DNA of 64,000 nucleotides. Source: Myxococcota bacterium. GTDB lineage: Bacteria > Myxococcota_A > UBA796 > SXON01. The first letter of the stretch is position 1. Each line of letters begins with the position of its first letter. The translations under genes were made by a program, and so were the position numbers. The notes below the pieces were generated by a model. The model was not told the origin of the DNA and did no database searches. It saw nothing but the letters and a program-made list of their open reading frames with translations. Location of the stretch: positions 35,980-99,979 of the forward strand of contig JAZKFH010000006.1 in NCBI GenBank assembly GCA_040386535.1. The letters are read 5' to 3'. Shown here piece after piece: positions 37,649-47,061 of this stretch.

Positions 37649-38469
37649 CACGTTCGGGTCGGGATCTCCTTCGGGCGGCGCTCGAGCGCCACGTCGCGAG
37701 CGGGGGCGTGCTCGTGGGCGAGGCCGTGGGTGTACACGGCGTGACCGAGGGCTTCGCCGCCGGGCCCGGGCTCGTCCGCACGCCGCTCTCCGAGGGCGCT
37801 GCCGTGGGTGTCGCCGCCGGGTTCGCGCTCGCCGGCAAGAAGGTCGTGGTCGAGCTCGTCGATCCGGCCGGGCTCGGCCGGGCCGCCGAGGTGCTCGGCG
37901 AGCTCGCGTCCCTGCGCGCCCGCACCAACGGGGCCTGGTCCGCGCCCATCGTGGTCCGCGCGCCGTTCGCGCCCTTCACCGCGCCCGCCGGGCTGCGCGT
38001 CGTCGTCGCCGCCACGGCCGACGATCTCGTCGGGATGCTCGCCCTCGCCCTCGACGGCAACGAGCCGGTCGTGCTGCTCGAAGCCGCGTCCGCGCACGCC
38101 GACACCGGCACCGGCACCAGCGTGCCGGCCCTCGGCACCGCGGTCACCCTCCGCGAGGGCTACGCTGCCACCGTCTTCGCCGTCGGTCCCGCGGTGGACG
38201 CCGCCTTCGACGCGGCCGACGCGCTCTACGACGACGGCACCGGCGAGGTCGAGGTCGTCGACCTGCGCGCCCTCGCCCCGCTCGATCGCGCGACCATCGG
38301 CGCGAGCGTGCGCAAGAGCGGCCGCGCCGTCATGGTGGGCGTCCCCGAGGGCCTCACCGTCGCGTTGGACGAGGCGTTCCTCTCTCTCGAAGCGCCGCTC
38401 GCCGCGCTGCCCGCCGACGCCTCGGCCGCGCAGATCGCCGCCGCGCTCCGCGCCGCCATCTCCTACTAG
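37645..38469 (+). CDS. 2-oxoacid dehydrogenase E1 beta-like subunit, shortened and degenerate
   Basis: RTPLSE.A.VG.A.G.ALAG, PIVVR.P, EPVVLLE, EVVDLR.L.PLD...I..SVRKSGR and EAFLSLEAP; only 274 aa. Confidence 0.85.
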   Translation: MTRSGRDLLRAALERHVASGGVLVGEAVGVHGVTEGFAAGPGLVRTPLSEGAAVGVAAGFALAGKKVVVELVDPAGLGRAAEVLGELASLRARTNGAWSAPIVVRAPFAPFTAPAGLRVVVAATADDLVGMLALALDGNEPVVLLEAASAHADTGTGTSVPALGTAVTLREGYAATVFAVGPAVDAAFDAADALYDDGTGEVEVVDLRALAPLDRATIGASVRKSGRAVMVGVPEGLTVALDEAFLSLEAPLAALPADASAAQIAAALRAAISY

Positions 38470-38516
38470 TTCGCTCGCCCGCTTCCTCCTGACCCCGCCG
38501 CCCCCGGAGCCCCCCC

Positions 38517-39866
38517 ATGTACGTGTTCCCCCTTCCGGAGATCGGAGAAGGTGTCGTCGAGGGCGAGATCGTCCGCTGGCTCGTCAAAGCCGGTGACGAC
38601 GTCGCGACCGACCAGCCGCTCTGCGAGATCATGACCGACAAGGCCACGGTCGAGATCTCCTCGCCCAAGAGCGGCCGCGTGGCCCGCACGCACGGCAGCC
38701 CCGGCGACGTGATCAAGGTGCACGCTCCCCTCGTCGAGATCGATCTCGGCGGGGGCGCCGCCGCCAGCCCCGCCGCGCACGCGCCCAAGGCCGCCGCGCC
38801 CGCCGCCGCCGCCCCTCCGAAGGCACCCCCGGCCGCCGCGCCCATCGCCGCCCGCCCGGCCCCGGTCACTGCGCCCGCCCCCGCCGCCGGCCTCGCCGTC
38901 GCCCCGCCCAACGGCCACGGCGCCATCCCCGCCGCCATCGCCGCCCGCATGCCACCCGCCCCCGGCGACAAGGCGCTCGCCTCCCCCGCCGTGCGCCACG
39001 CCGCCCGCTCCGCCGGGCTCGACGTGAACGCGGTCCCTGGCTCCGGCAAGGACGGCCGCGTCACCCGCGCCGACATCGAGGGCTTCGCCGGCGGTGCGAA
39101 CACCGAGTCGGCGCTCCGCGCGCCCCCCGCGCTCCAGTCCTTCCAGGCGCCGGGCGCCCGCGAAGGCGACGAGCGCATCAAGATCATCGGCCTCCGCCGC
39201 AAGATCGCGGAGAAGATGGTGCAGGCCTACCGCACCGCCCCGCACTTCACCTACGTGGACGAGGTGGACTGCAGCAAGCTCGTGGCCCTGCGCGCCTCGC
39301 TCAACACGCAGGCCACCGCGCGCGGCGCCAAGCTCTCGTACCTCCCGTTCATCTTCAAGGCGCTCGCCATCACTTTCCGCGAGTTCCCCACGGTCAACGC
39401 CGTGATGGACGAGGACGAGTTCACCCTCGTCGTCCGCAAGGACGTGAACATCGGCATCGCGACCGACACCGACGCCGGCCTCTACGTGCCGGTCATCAAG
39501 AACGTCGACCGCAAGAGCCTCATCGAGATCGCGCTCGAGATGGCCGACCTCACCAAGCGCACGCGCGAGGGCAAGGCCCGCATCGACGAGCTCGGCGGCG
39601 GCACGTTCACCGTCACGTCGGTCGGCAACATCGGCGGGCGCTTCGCCACGCCCATCCTGAACCACCCCGAGGTCGCCATCCTCGGCGTCAACCAGATCCA
39701 CGATCGCCCCGTCGCCATTGACGGCAAGGTCGAGATCCGCCCCATGATGTACCTCTCGCCGAGCTTCGACCACCGCGTCATCGACGGCGCCGTGGCCGCC
39801 CGCTTCGTCAGCGCGCTCAAGCGCCTCCTCGAGCAGCCCGAGGCGCTGCTCCTGGATCTGCGGTGA
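38517..39866 (+). CDS. Dihydrolipoamide acyltransferase (E2) with one lipoyl domain
   Basis: Lipoyl motif MTDKATVEI, E3-binding ASPAVR...GSGKDGRVT, catalytic FDHRVIDG. Confidence 0.96.
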   Translation: MYVFPLPEIGEGVVEGEIVRWLVKAGDDVATDQPLCEIMTDKATVEISSPKSGRVARTHGSPGDVIKVHAPLVEIDLGGGAAASPAAHAPKAAAPAAAAPPKAPPAAAPIAARPAPVTAPAPAAGLAVAPPNGHGAIPAAIAARMPPAPGDKALASPAVRHAARSAGLDVNAVPGSGKDGRVTRADIEGFAGGANTESALRAPPALQSFQAPGAREGDERIKIIGLRRKIAEKMVQAYRTAPHFTYVDEVDCSKLVALRASLNTQATARGAKLSYLPFIFKALAITFREFPTVNAVMDEDEFTLVVRKDVNIGIATDTDAGLYVPVIKNVDRKSLIEIALEMADLTKRTREGKARIDELGGGTFTVTSVGNIGGRFATPILNHPEVAILGVNQIHDRPVAIDGKVEIRPMMYLSPSFDHRVIDGAVAARFVSALKRLLEQPEALLLDLR

Positions 39867-40474
39867 GCGCCGTGGAGTCCGTCGTCGCCCCCTCCTCCGA
39901 GCCCGCTGTCGACGCCCTCGCCGAGGCGCTCGTTGCCGTCCGCACCTACTGCGCGGCCGATCCCGCCGTCGTGAGCGGGCGCGGCCTCGAGGCCCTCATC
40001 GCCGGCGTGGCCGTCGGCGCCCCGCGCAAGGCGTGGCTCCTCCCCGGCCGTCGTGAGCGCGCGTGCGCTCTGGTGCGCGGCTGCGGCGCCGATCGCCTCG
40101 ACCAGGCGCGGCCCTTCCGCGTCGTCCCCCCCGGCGACAGCCCCGCCGCCCGCACCCTCTACGCCGTGGGCCTCGCGCTCGCGGGCGATCCCGCGGTGGT
40201 CTTCGTCGGCACCGGCACCGCCGGCTACGGCGCGTTCCACGAGGCCCTCCAGCTCGCCGCCGTGCACCGCGCGCCGGTCACGTTCGTCGTGACCTGGTAC
40301 ACCAACGCCGGCCCCTTCGCGCCCCCGCTCGCGGTCGCCCCCTCGGTGCTCGCCGCCGCGCTCGGCCTCACTGCCGTGGTGGTCGACGCTACCGACGCCG
40401 CCGCCGTCCGCGACGCCGTGGCCGCCGCCGAGGGCCCGACGTTGATCGAGGCACGGCTCTCGGGCAAGGCGTAG
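39863..40474 (+). CDS. 2-oxoacid dehydrogenase E1 alpha-like subunit, truncated and degenerate
   Basis: WLLPGRRE, AVGLALA, VVFVGTG...GAFHEALQLAAV.RAPV.FVV, VVDATD..AV and EGPTLIEA; 203 aa. Confidence 0.8.
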   Translation: MSAVESVVAPSSEPAVDALAEALVAVRTYCAADPAVVSGRGLEALIAGVAVGAPRKAWLLPGRRERACALVRGCGADRLDQARPFRVVPPGDSPAARTLYAVGLALAGDPAVVFVGTGTAGYGAFHEALQLAAVHRAPVTFVVTWYTNAGPFAPPLAVAPSVLAAALGLTAVVVDATDAAAVRDAVAAAEGPTLIEARLSGKA

Positions 40475-40509
40475 CGGATCCGGGCGCGCCCCCGCTGCCG
40501 CGGGGTCGC

Positions 40510-42548
40510 GTCGAGTAGGGACCCCCAGTCGCCCAGGGGCCCCTCTCACAGAACCGTACTTGTGCTGTTCACATACGGCTCTTCGGGACGCTGCGTTTCG
40601 CGGGTGCTCCCCGCAGCGCCGGTCGGTTCACGACCTCCACCATCCTGAGAACAGCGAGAGCTGTCCTACCAGGGCTTCGATGACCGGGGGCGGTTTGACG
40701 AGCGTGTGCAGCTCGGTCCACGCGCCCCGCAAGGAGTAGAGGCCCTTGCCGGTGAACCACCGGTTCGGGACCGTCCGCTCCATCGCAGGTCGGTGGCTGA
40801 GATTCCAGATGCTCCGCCGTCCTTCGTAGACGGTGGCCCACGCTGTCTTCTCTCGTACGCCTCCTCGGATGAAGTGCCGAACAATCGTGACCTTCGCCTT
40901 CCACTGCTTGAGTAGGATTGCCCGCATCCGCCGTCGGATGTGGGCGTCGAGGGCCTTCATCGATCGCTCCTCGCCGGTGCAGATCCGGAAGAAGCCGAAC
41001 CACCCGCGCAGGTAGACGTTGAGGTCCTTGATGCACACCTCGATGGCGCGCCCGGTGTTCCTCGGCGTCCGGTTGCGGATGTTCTCGCGTATGCGCTCCA
41101 AGGAGCGCGCCGACAGGTAGACCTCCACCTTGCCGGTCTTCGCGTCCTTCCCCAGCCGGAAGCCGAGAAAGTGGCGTTCTTCGGGACGGGCGACGGCGCT
41201 CTTCGCCGCGTTCACCTTGAGGCGCAAGCGCGTCGCGATGAACTCGACCAAGCTCGCCATCACCCGTTCCCCCGCTCGCGGCGACCGCACGTAGATGTTG
41301 CAGTCGTCGGCATAGCGGACGAACCGAAGCCCGCGCGCGGCCAGCTCGTTGTCGAGCTCGTCGAGCACGATGTTGCTGAGCAACGGGGAGAGCGGGCCGC
41401 CTTGCGGGACCCCCTCGTCCGTGCTCACCTTCACGCCGTCGGGCATGACCACCGACGCCTTCAGCATGCGACTCAAGAGATGGAGTACACGGCGGTCGGG
41501 CACGCGTGTCGCCACGCGCGCCATCAGCCGTTGGTGGTTGACCGTGTCGAAGAACTTCTCCAGGTCGATGTCCACCACGTACTCGTAGCCCTCTGCCACG
41601 TACCGCTGCGCCTCGGCGATCGCCGTCTGACAGCTTCGTCCAGGTCGAAAGCCGTGACTCGACGCATGGAACGTCGGCTCCCACAACGGTTCGAGAACCG
41701 CCCTGAGCGCCTCCTGCACCATCCGATCGACCACGTTGGGAATGCCGAGCCCTCGCTGCCCGCCATTGCTCTTGGGGATCCACACCCGTCGGATGTCTCC
41801 GGGGGTGTAGTTCCCGTCGAGCAGCGCGGCGCGCAACGCCGGTAGCAGCGTCGGCAGGTGCTCGCGCACCTGGTCGACGTTCTGCCGGTCGGGACCTGCG
41901 GCGCCCTTGTTCGATGCCACCTTCTCGAAGGCGGTCTCCAATCGCTCCGTCACTTCCTCCATCATCGTCGCCGGCGGCGCCTCTTCTTCCGTGTCCCTCG
42001 CCTTCGGCGCCCGGTGCGCGGACGACGTGGACAGGTCCACGCCGCCGGTGCCCGTGGCCCCCACGGGCGAGCCCGTCGGGTTGTCGGCTGTTGCGAAGGG
42101 CAGTCCGAGCTGCGCTGCCTGTTGGTTGACCGAGGACGCCTTCCCTCCACGGGTTTCCCCGCTTTGGACGACCTTTCGGCCGCCTTCCGGTACTACGCGT
42201 CCTTCCGACTTCTGCTGGGCCATCCTCGTCCGTCCTCTTCGTCCTCGCGAGTACCGGCCTCTCGACCGGGACCCAGCAGATCTCTCCAGGTAAGAACAAC
42301 CATCTTCAGACCATCCCGTCGCCAATACGCCTGCGCCACCGACGGAAATAGGGCTTCGCTGCTGAGGGCCAGCTCACCCGACGCAGGCGCCTTACGGCGC
42401 TTCGCTTTCGCTCGAAACGGTCCTGTACCTACGACTTCCACCAGACCCTCGGTCGCCCTCGGGCCCTTGTCTCCTCGGCTTCGGGTTCCCTCCGACGGGC
42501 CCCGGGTATGGACTTTCACCTCCTGATGGTTGTTCGTGCTGGACGCAC
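40510..42548 (-). mobile_element. Group II intron, apparently complete, class C-like
   Basis: 5' GTGCG at 42548. Domain V GAGCCGTATGTGAACAGCACAAGTACGGTTC, and a domain VI ending CCCTACTCGAC at 40510. Encodes an RT/maturase. Confidence 0.93.
40628..42223 (-). CDS. ltrA: Group II intron reverse transcriptase/maturase, no endonuclease domain
   Basis: NKGAAGPD, RRVWIPK...RGLGIP.VVDR, DIDLEKFFD, GVPQGGPLSPLL, RYADDCNI, FLGF and X-domain LRGWFGFF. Start codon uncertain. Confidence 0.95.
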   Translation of the reverse strand: MAQQKSEGRVVPEGGRKVVQSGETRGGKASSVNQQAAQLGLPFATADNPTGSPVGATGTGGVDLSTSSAHRAPKARDTEEEAPPATMMEEVTERLETAFEKVASNKGAAGPDRQNVDQVREHLPTLLPALRAALLDGNYTPGDIRRVWIPKSNGGQRGLGIPNVVDRMVQEALRAVLEPLWEPTFHASSHGFRPGRSCQTAIAEAQRYVAEGYEYVVDIDLEKFFDTVNHQRLMARVATRVPDRRVLHLLSRMLKASVVMPDGVKVSTDEGVPQGGPLSPLLSNIVLDELDNELAARGLRFVRYADDCNIYVRSPRAGERVMASLVEFIATRLRLKVNAAKSAVARPEERHFLGFRLGKDAKTGKVEVYLSARSLERIRENIRNRTPRNTGRAIEVCIKDLNVYLRGWFGFFRICTGEERSMKALDAHIRRRMRAILLKQWKAKVTIVRHFIRGGVREKTAWATVYEGRRSIWNLSHRPAMERTVPNRWFTGKGLYSLRGAWTELHTLVKPPPVIEALVGQLSLFSGWWRS

Positions 42549-42736
42549 CCTCCTGCAGGCTCGGCCTCACGGCCTCGGTCGGCCGCTCCCCCGGGGCGGG
42601 GCGCGGCCGGACCGCGTCGGCTGGCGCCGCCGCGCCTTCCGGAGGGCTCGCGCGGGTGCATGATCGGCGTTCGCGGCCTCGGGTGTCCCGCGCGGACCGG
42701 CCCGGGCGGCGCTACCCTGCGTCGAACGGAGCCTCC

Positions 42737-42943
42737 GTGCGCCTCATCCTCCTGGCCCTCTTCGCCGCCGCCTGCACGGGCGCCTCCTCCGACACCGCAG
42801 ACTCCGCCGCCGTCGTCACCTGCGTGGACGACGCCGGCGTGGTCCGCGCGGTGGGCGAGACCTGGGACGCGGGCGACTGTGCCAACACCTGCTCGTGCAC
42901 GGAGGATGGGCACGCGGACTGTACCGATCTCGGGTGCCCGTGA
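42737..42943 (+). CDS. Small lipoprotein with pacifastin/VWC-like Cys motif
   Basis: LFAAAC lipobox; C...GETW.AGDCANTCSC.....DCT..GC. Confidence 0.75.
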   Translation: MRLILLALFAAACTGASSDTADSAAVVTCVDDAGVVRAVGETWDAGDCANTCSCTEDGHADCTDLGCP

Positions 42944-43061
42944 GCGGCTGAGCCGCCGACCCCGCGGCCACCGAGAGCGACGAGCTGTCCTACGCGCTCG
43001 ACGAGGGCTGCCGCCCCTGGTGAACGCATGGCCGGGATACCACCCCCGCGGAGGACGTGGA

Positions 43062-43994
43062 ATGCCATGCACCGTCCTGGGCGTCGCCGTCATCGGGCTC
43101 GGCGCGTTGTACGTCCCCGGAGGGCCCGCCTTCGCCTACGCCGGAGAGGTGCCGGAGGCGAGCGTGCGGATCGGCGCGGGCGGGCGCTTCGCCGCCGAGC
43201 TCGGCGGGGGCGGTGTCGTCGTCGAGGTGGAGGTCGAGTCCGCTGTCCCCGTCCACCTCCGAGAGGCGGGCCGCTTCGACGGGTATCTCCTGGTCGCGCC
43301 CGAGGCGGATCTCGTCGCGTCGAAGGACGGCGGCGCCGTGCGGGTGGCGCCGCCGGTGGTCGGCGACGCGGTCGGCCCGACGGTCTTCGTGGGTGAGCGG
43401 AGCCCCGGCGCCCCGGTGCGCTGCCGTGACCTCACGCTCTCGAGCGCCTCGGGGGCCTCCTCGTGGTCCGGCCCGGGGGAAGCGGTCCAACGGCTGGACG
43501 CACGCGGGGACGCCCTCGTCCTGCGGCGGAAGCCCCGCGGCGCCGTGCTCGGCACGCTGCCCGGCGAGATGTTCGGCGTCGTGGACGCCCGCCGCGGTGA
43601 CAGCGTGCGCGCGACCGTCGATCTCGGCGCCGGGTTCGCGGTCTACGGCTGGTTCGACGCCGTCGACACCGAGCCCGTCGAGATCGGCGTCGGCCAGGGC
43701 CTGCGGCCGCAGGCGGGACCGCTGGGGCTCGCATACGCGGACGTGGCACGTTGCGACGCGGCCATACCGCTCGCCGTCGAGGTGGGTGGCGCGGTCACGG
43801 TCCTCGGGAGCGCCGCGCCCGGGACGCCGGTCATCGCGACCGGCCCGGCCCGTGACGACGGTTGGACCGCGATCGTGCTGCCCGGGGGCTGGTTCTCGCC
43901 GTGGGACGGGCGGGTGTCCGCGCGGACGGGCGCCACGTTGCTCGGTCCCGAAGCGATCCGCGGGTGCCCGACCGATCCGTCCTACGCGCGTTGA
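43062..43994 (+). CDS. Hypothetical exported protein
   Basis: GGAGG SD before ATG 43062, hydrophobic N-terminus and GC3 bias. Confidence 0.6.
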   Translation: MPCTVLGVAVIGLGALYVPGGPAFAYAGEVPEASVRIGAGGRFAAELGGGGVVVEVEVESAVPVHLREAGRFDGYLLVAPEADLVASKDGGAVRVAPPVVGDAVGPTVFVGERSPGAPVRCRDLTLSSASGASSWSGPGEAVQRLDARGDALVLRRKPRGAVLGTLPGEMFGVVDARRGDSVRATVDLGAGFAVYGWFDAVDTEPVEIGVGQGLRPQAGPLGLAYADVARCDAAIPLAVEVGGAVTVLGSAAPGTPVIATGPARDDGWTAIVLPGGWFSPWDGRVSARTGATLLGPEAIRGCPTDPSYAR

Positions 43995-44009
43995 TCTCGG
44001 CGTCGGCGC

Positions 44010-44241
44010 GACCCGACAGAACGGGCGTCACTGCCGGTCGTGAGGCGGATTCTGTCGGGTCCACACGCTCCACTCCCGGGGGCACGACCAGCCTGACCGC
44101 CGACGCCGACGGGACAACGCCCACTATTTGGTGCCGCAGACGGTTCCCCCCACCAACGGCGCCCGGATCCAACCCCGACCGGCCGCCAGGACCCGACAGA
44201 ACGGGCGTCACTGCCGGTCGTGAGGCGAATTCTGTCGGGTC
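44010..44241. repeat. Two 52-bp palindromic units (44010-44061, 44190-44241) 180 bp apart
   Basis: GACCCGACAGAA-CGGGCGTCACTGCCGGTCGTGAGGCG(G/A)A-TTCTGTCGGGTC; the copies differ at one base. Confidence 0.9.
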
Positions 44242-44577
44242 GGGCAGGCGGCGGCGGCGGCGCCTTCCGATCACAAGGAGGAGCGCCGAGTCGCCCCGGC
44301 CGCCAACCCCGTACCGCGCACGCGTAAGACACAGGTGATCGCATGCCCCGAGAAGGCCGTCACCTGCCGCAGCGCGCAGCCGGGCCCGCACGCGCCGCAT
44401 GGCCACACGCTGTAAATCCTGCCGGGCCTACGCGCTCCCCCGCCGGCCCCACGCGAAGGCGCCCCCGCCCCAGCCCCGCGGTCGGCGCGCTCGGGCGCCG
44501 GGCACCGCGGGGGACGCTGCTCGAGCCCCCCGCTCCCGCCGCCCCCGCGTTAGACCGGTCGGCTACCCGGAGTCCCC

Positions 44578-45984
44578 ATGGAGACCATCAAGTACACCGC
44601 CATCGTGCTCGGCGCGGGCCCCGGCGGCTACCCCGCGGGCATCCGCCTCGGGCAGCTCGGCGTCAAGACGCTCGTGATCGAGCGCGAGTACTGGGGCGGC
44701 GTGTGCCTCAACGTGGGCTGCATCCCGTCCAAGGCGCTCATCACCGCGGCCAAGCGCCTCGAAGAGATCCAGCACGCCGACGCCATGGGCATCGAGGTCG
44801 CGGGCGCGGCGTCGATGAACATGACCAAGTTGCAAGCCTGGAAGGGCACGGTCGTCAACCGCCTCACCGGCGGCGTCCGCACCCTTCTGAAGGGCAACAA
44901 GGTCGACATGGCGACCGGCACGGCGAAGTTCGTCGGCCCCAAGGCGCTCGAGCTCACCGGCCCCGACGGCACGGTGACCCGCTACGAGGCCGATCACATC
45001 GTGATCGCCACGGGCAGCCGCCCCATCGAGATCCCGGGCTTCAGCTTCGCGGACGCGCGCATCCTCGACTCGACCAAGGGCCTCGCCCTCCCCGAGATCC
45101 CCAAGCGCCTCGCCGTCATCGGCGGCGGCTACATCGGCCTCGAGCTCGGCAGCGTCTACGCCAAGCTCGGCACCAAGGTCACCGTCATCGAGATGGCCGA
45201 CCAGCTGCTCCCCGGCTTCGACCCCGACGTGGTCAAGCTCATCGACCGCAAGCTCCGCAAGGGCGGCGTCGACGTCCAGCTCAAGGCCCAGGCCCAGGGC
45301 TGGGAGGACACCGGCACCGGCGCGCTGCTCCGCTACAAGACGCCCGACGGCGACAAGACCCTCGAGGCCGACTACATCCTCGTCACGGTCGGCCGCCGCC
45401 CGAACACCGACGCGATCGGACTCGAGAGCGTCGGCCTGGAGATGGAGGGCCGCTTCATCAAGACCGACAAGCAGCTCAAGACCTCCGTGCCCGGCGTCTA
45501 CGCCATCGGCGACTGCACGACCGGCCTGATGCTCGCGCACAAGGCGACTCACGACGGCGAGGTCGTCGCCGAGGTGATCGCGGGTCACGACGCGTACAAC
45601 GACGCGAAGACCGTCCCGGCCGTGGTCTTCACCGATCCCGAGATCGCCACCGCCGGCCTCATGGAGCACGAGGCCAAGGCCAAGGGCTACACGCTCAAAG
45701 TCGGCAAGGTGCCCTACGCCGCGATCGGCCGCGCGCTCACGACGAACGAGCCCGACGGCTTCATCAAGGTCATCGCCGACGCCGCCGACAACCGCATCCT
45801 CGGCGTCACCATCGTCGGCGCGCACGCCAGCGATCTGATCTCCGAGTGTGTCCTCGCCGTCGAGATGGACTGCGAGCTGATGGACGTGGCGCTCTCCATC
45901 CACCCGCACCCCACGATGGGCGAGGGCATCATGGAGGCCGCCAAGGCCGCGCTCGGCGAGGCCGTCCACATCATGAACGGCTAA
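44578..45984 (+). CDS. lpdA: Dihydrolipoyl dehydrogenase (E3)
   Basis: GAGPGGY, GGVCLNVGCIPSK, IGGGYIGLE and HPHPTMGE. Confidence 0.97.
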   Translation: METIKYTAIVLGAGPGGYPAGIRLGQLGVKTLVIEREYWGGVCLNVGCIPSKALITAAKRLEEIQHADAMGIEVAGAASMNMTKLQAWKGTVVNRLTGGVRTLLKGNKVDMATGTAKFVGPKALELTGPDGTVTRYEADHIVIATGSRPIEIPGFSFADARILDSTKGLALPEIPKRLAVIGGGYIGLELGSVYAKLGTKVTVIEMADQLLPGFDPDVVKLIDRKLRKGGVDVQLKAQAQGWEDTGTGALLRYKTPDGDKTLEADYILVTVGRRPNTDAIGLESVGLEMEGRFIKTDKQLKTSVPGVYAIGDCTTGLMLAHKATHDGEVVAEVIAGHDAYNDAKTVPAVVFTDPEIATAGLMEHEAKAKGYTLKVGKVPYAAIGRALTTNEPDGFIKVIADAADNRILGVTIVGAHASDLISECVLAVEMDCELMDVALSIHPHPTMGEGIMEAAKAALGEAVHIMNG

Positions 45985-46174
45985 CCGGTCACGACGTTCC
46001 GGGGCGGCCGGCCGGGCGCCTCCCCGGGCGCGGACGCCCGGGGCCGGGCTCTCTCCGGGCTCGGCGCGAGGCGCCTCGGTTCGGTCCCGGCGCGACGCCG
46101 GCCCCGGAACCGCGCGTCCCCAGGGCGGGCCGCGCGCCCTCCGGATCCCTGGCGCGCCATTCGTTGGAGCTCCC

Positions 46175-46936
46175 ATGACCCCTCTCCAGAAGACCGTCTC
46201 CGACCGCTGGCTCGCCGAGCAGGTCCGTCTCCGCGAGACCGTCGTCGTCGCGCTCTCCGGGGCGCACGCCTACGGCTTTCCTTCGCCCGACAGCGACCTG
46301 GATCTCAAGGCGATCCACATCGACCCGACGCGGCGGCTGCTCGGGCTGCGGCCGGTGTCGGCGCCCATCGAGCGCACCGAGATCGTCGAGGGTGTCGAGC
46401 TCGACTACAGCTCGCACGAGCTCGGCATGGTCCTCGCGGGCGTGCTCAAGGGCAACGGCAACTTCATCGAGCGCATCCTCGGGCACCTGCTCGTCGTGAC
46501 CTCGCCCGCGCTCGCGGAGCTCCAGCCGCTCGTCCAGGCCAGCGTGTCGCAGCGTGTGCACCGCCACTACCGCGGCTTCGCGCACAACCAGCGCCTCGAG
46601 GCCGACAAGACGCACCGCGCCAAGAAGGTGCTCTACGTCCTGCGCACGACGCTCACCGGCACGCACCTCCTCCGTACGGGCCAGCTCGTCACCGACGTGA
46701 CCGCGCTCGCCCCCGTCTACGACTTCGACGTCACCGAGCTCCTCGCGGCCAAGTCGCACGCGGAGAAGCAGGCCCTCACCGACGCCGCCTACACCCGCGC
46801 CTGCGTCGAGATGGACCGCGCCTTCGTCACGCTCGACACCGCCGTCGCCGCGGCGACCGTGCCCCCGGCGCCTCCCGTAGACGCGGAGTCCGCCCTGGAG
46901 GACTGGCTGGTGGGCCAGCGGGCGGCGCGGGTCTGA
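46175..46936 (+). CDS. DNA polymerase beta-superfamily nucleotidyltransferase (YcgL/RlaP-like)
   Basis: SGAHAYGFPSPDSDLDL.., LKGNGNFIER, HYRGFA and KKVLYVLR. Confidence 0.88.
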   Translation: MTPLQKTVSDRWLAEQVRLRETVVVALSGAHAYGFPSPDSDLDLKAIHIDPTRRLLGLRPVSAPIERTEIVEGVELDYSSHELGMVLAGVLKGNGNFIERILGHLLVVTSPALAELQPLVQASVSQRVHRHYRGFAHNQRLEADKTHRAKKVLYVLRTTLTGTHLLRTGQLVTDVTALAPVYDFDVTELLAAKSHAEKQALTDAAYTRACVEMDRAFVTLDTAVAAATVPPAPPVDAESALEDWLVGQRAARV

Positions 46937-46959
46937 ACCGGCGCGCCGGGCGGCGCCCT

Positions 46960-47025
46960 CCCTTCCCGGCTTTCTCCCTTCCTATTCCTGCCTTCCTCTA
47001 TTCCTGCCTTCCTGCTCCTCCGCTC
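46960..47025. repeat. TTCCTGCC pyrimidine repeat (same family as 1-215) between convergent genes
   Basis: ttcctgccttcctctattcctgccttcctg nearly matches the reverse complement of 53-82. Confidence 0.7.
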
Positions 47026-47061
47026 CGACTCCCCGCCCGCCGATGCCCTGCCGCCGCCAGC

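Noticed and set aside
40628..42223. RT as retron, DGR or defence RT
   Set aside because: It has a maturase X domain and flanking group II intron ends with domains V/VI; no TR/VR pair or msr-msd was seen.
44010..44241. Integron attC sites
   Set aside because: No RYYYAAC...GTTRRRY core ends, no cassette ORF between the units, and no integrase in the window.
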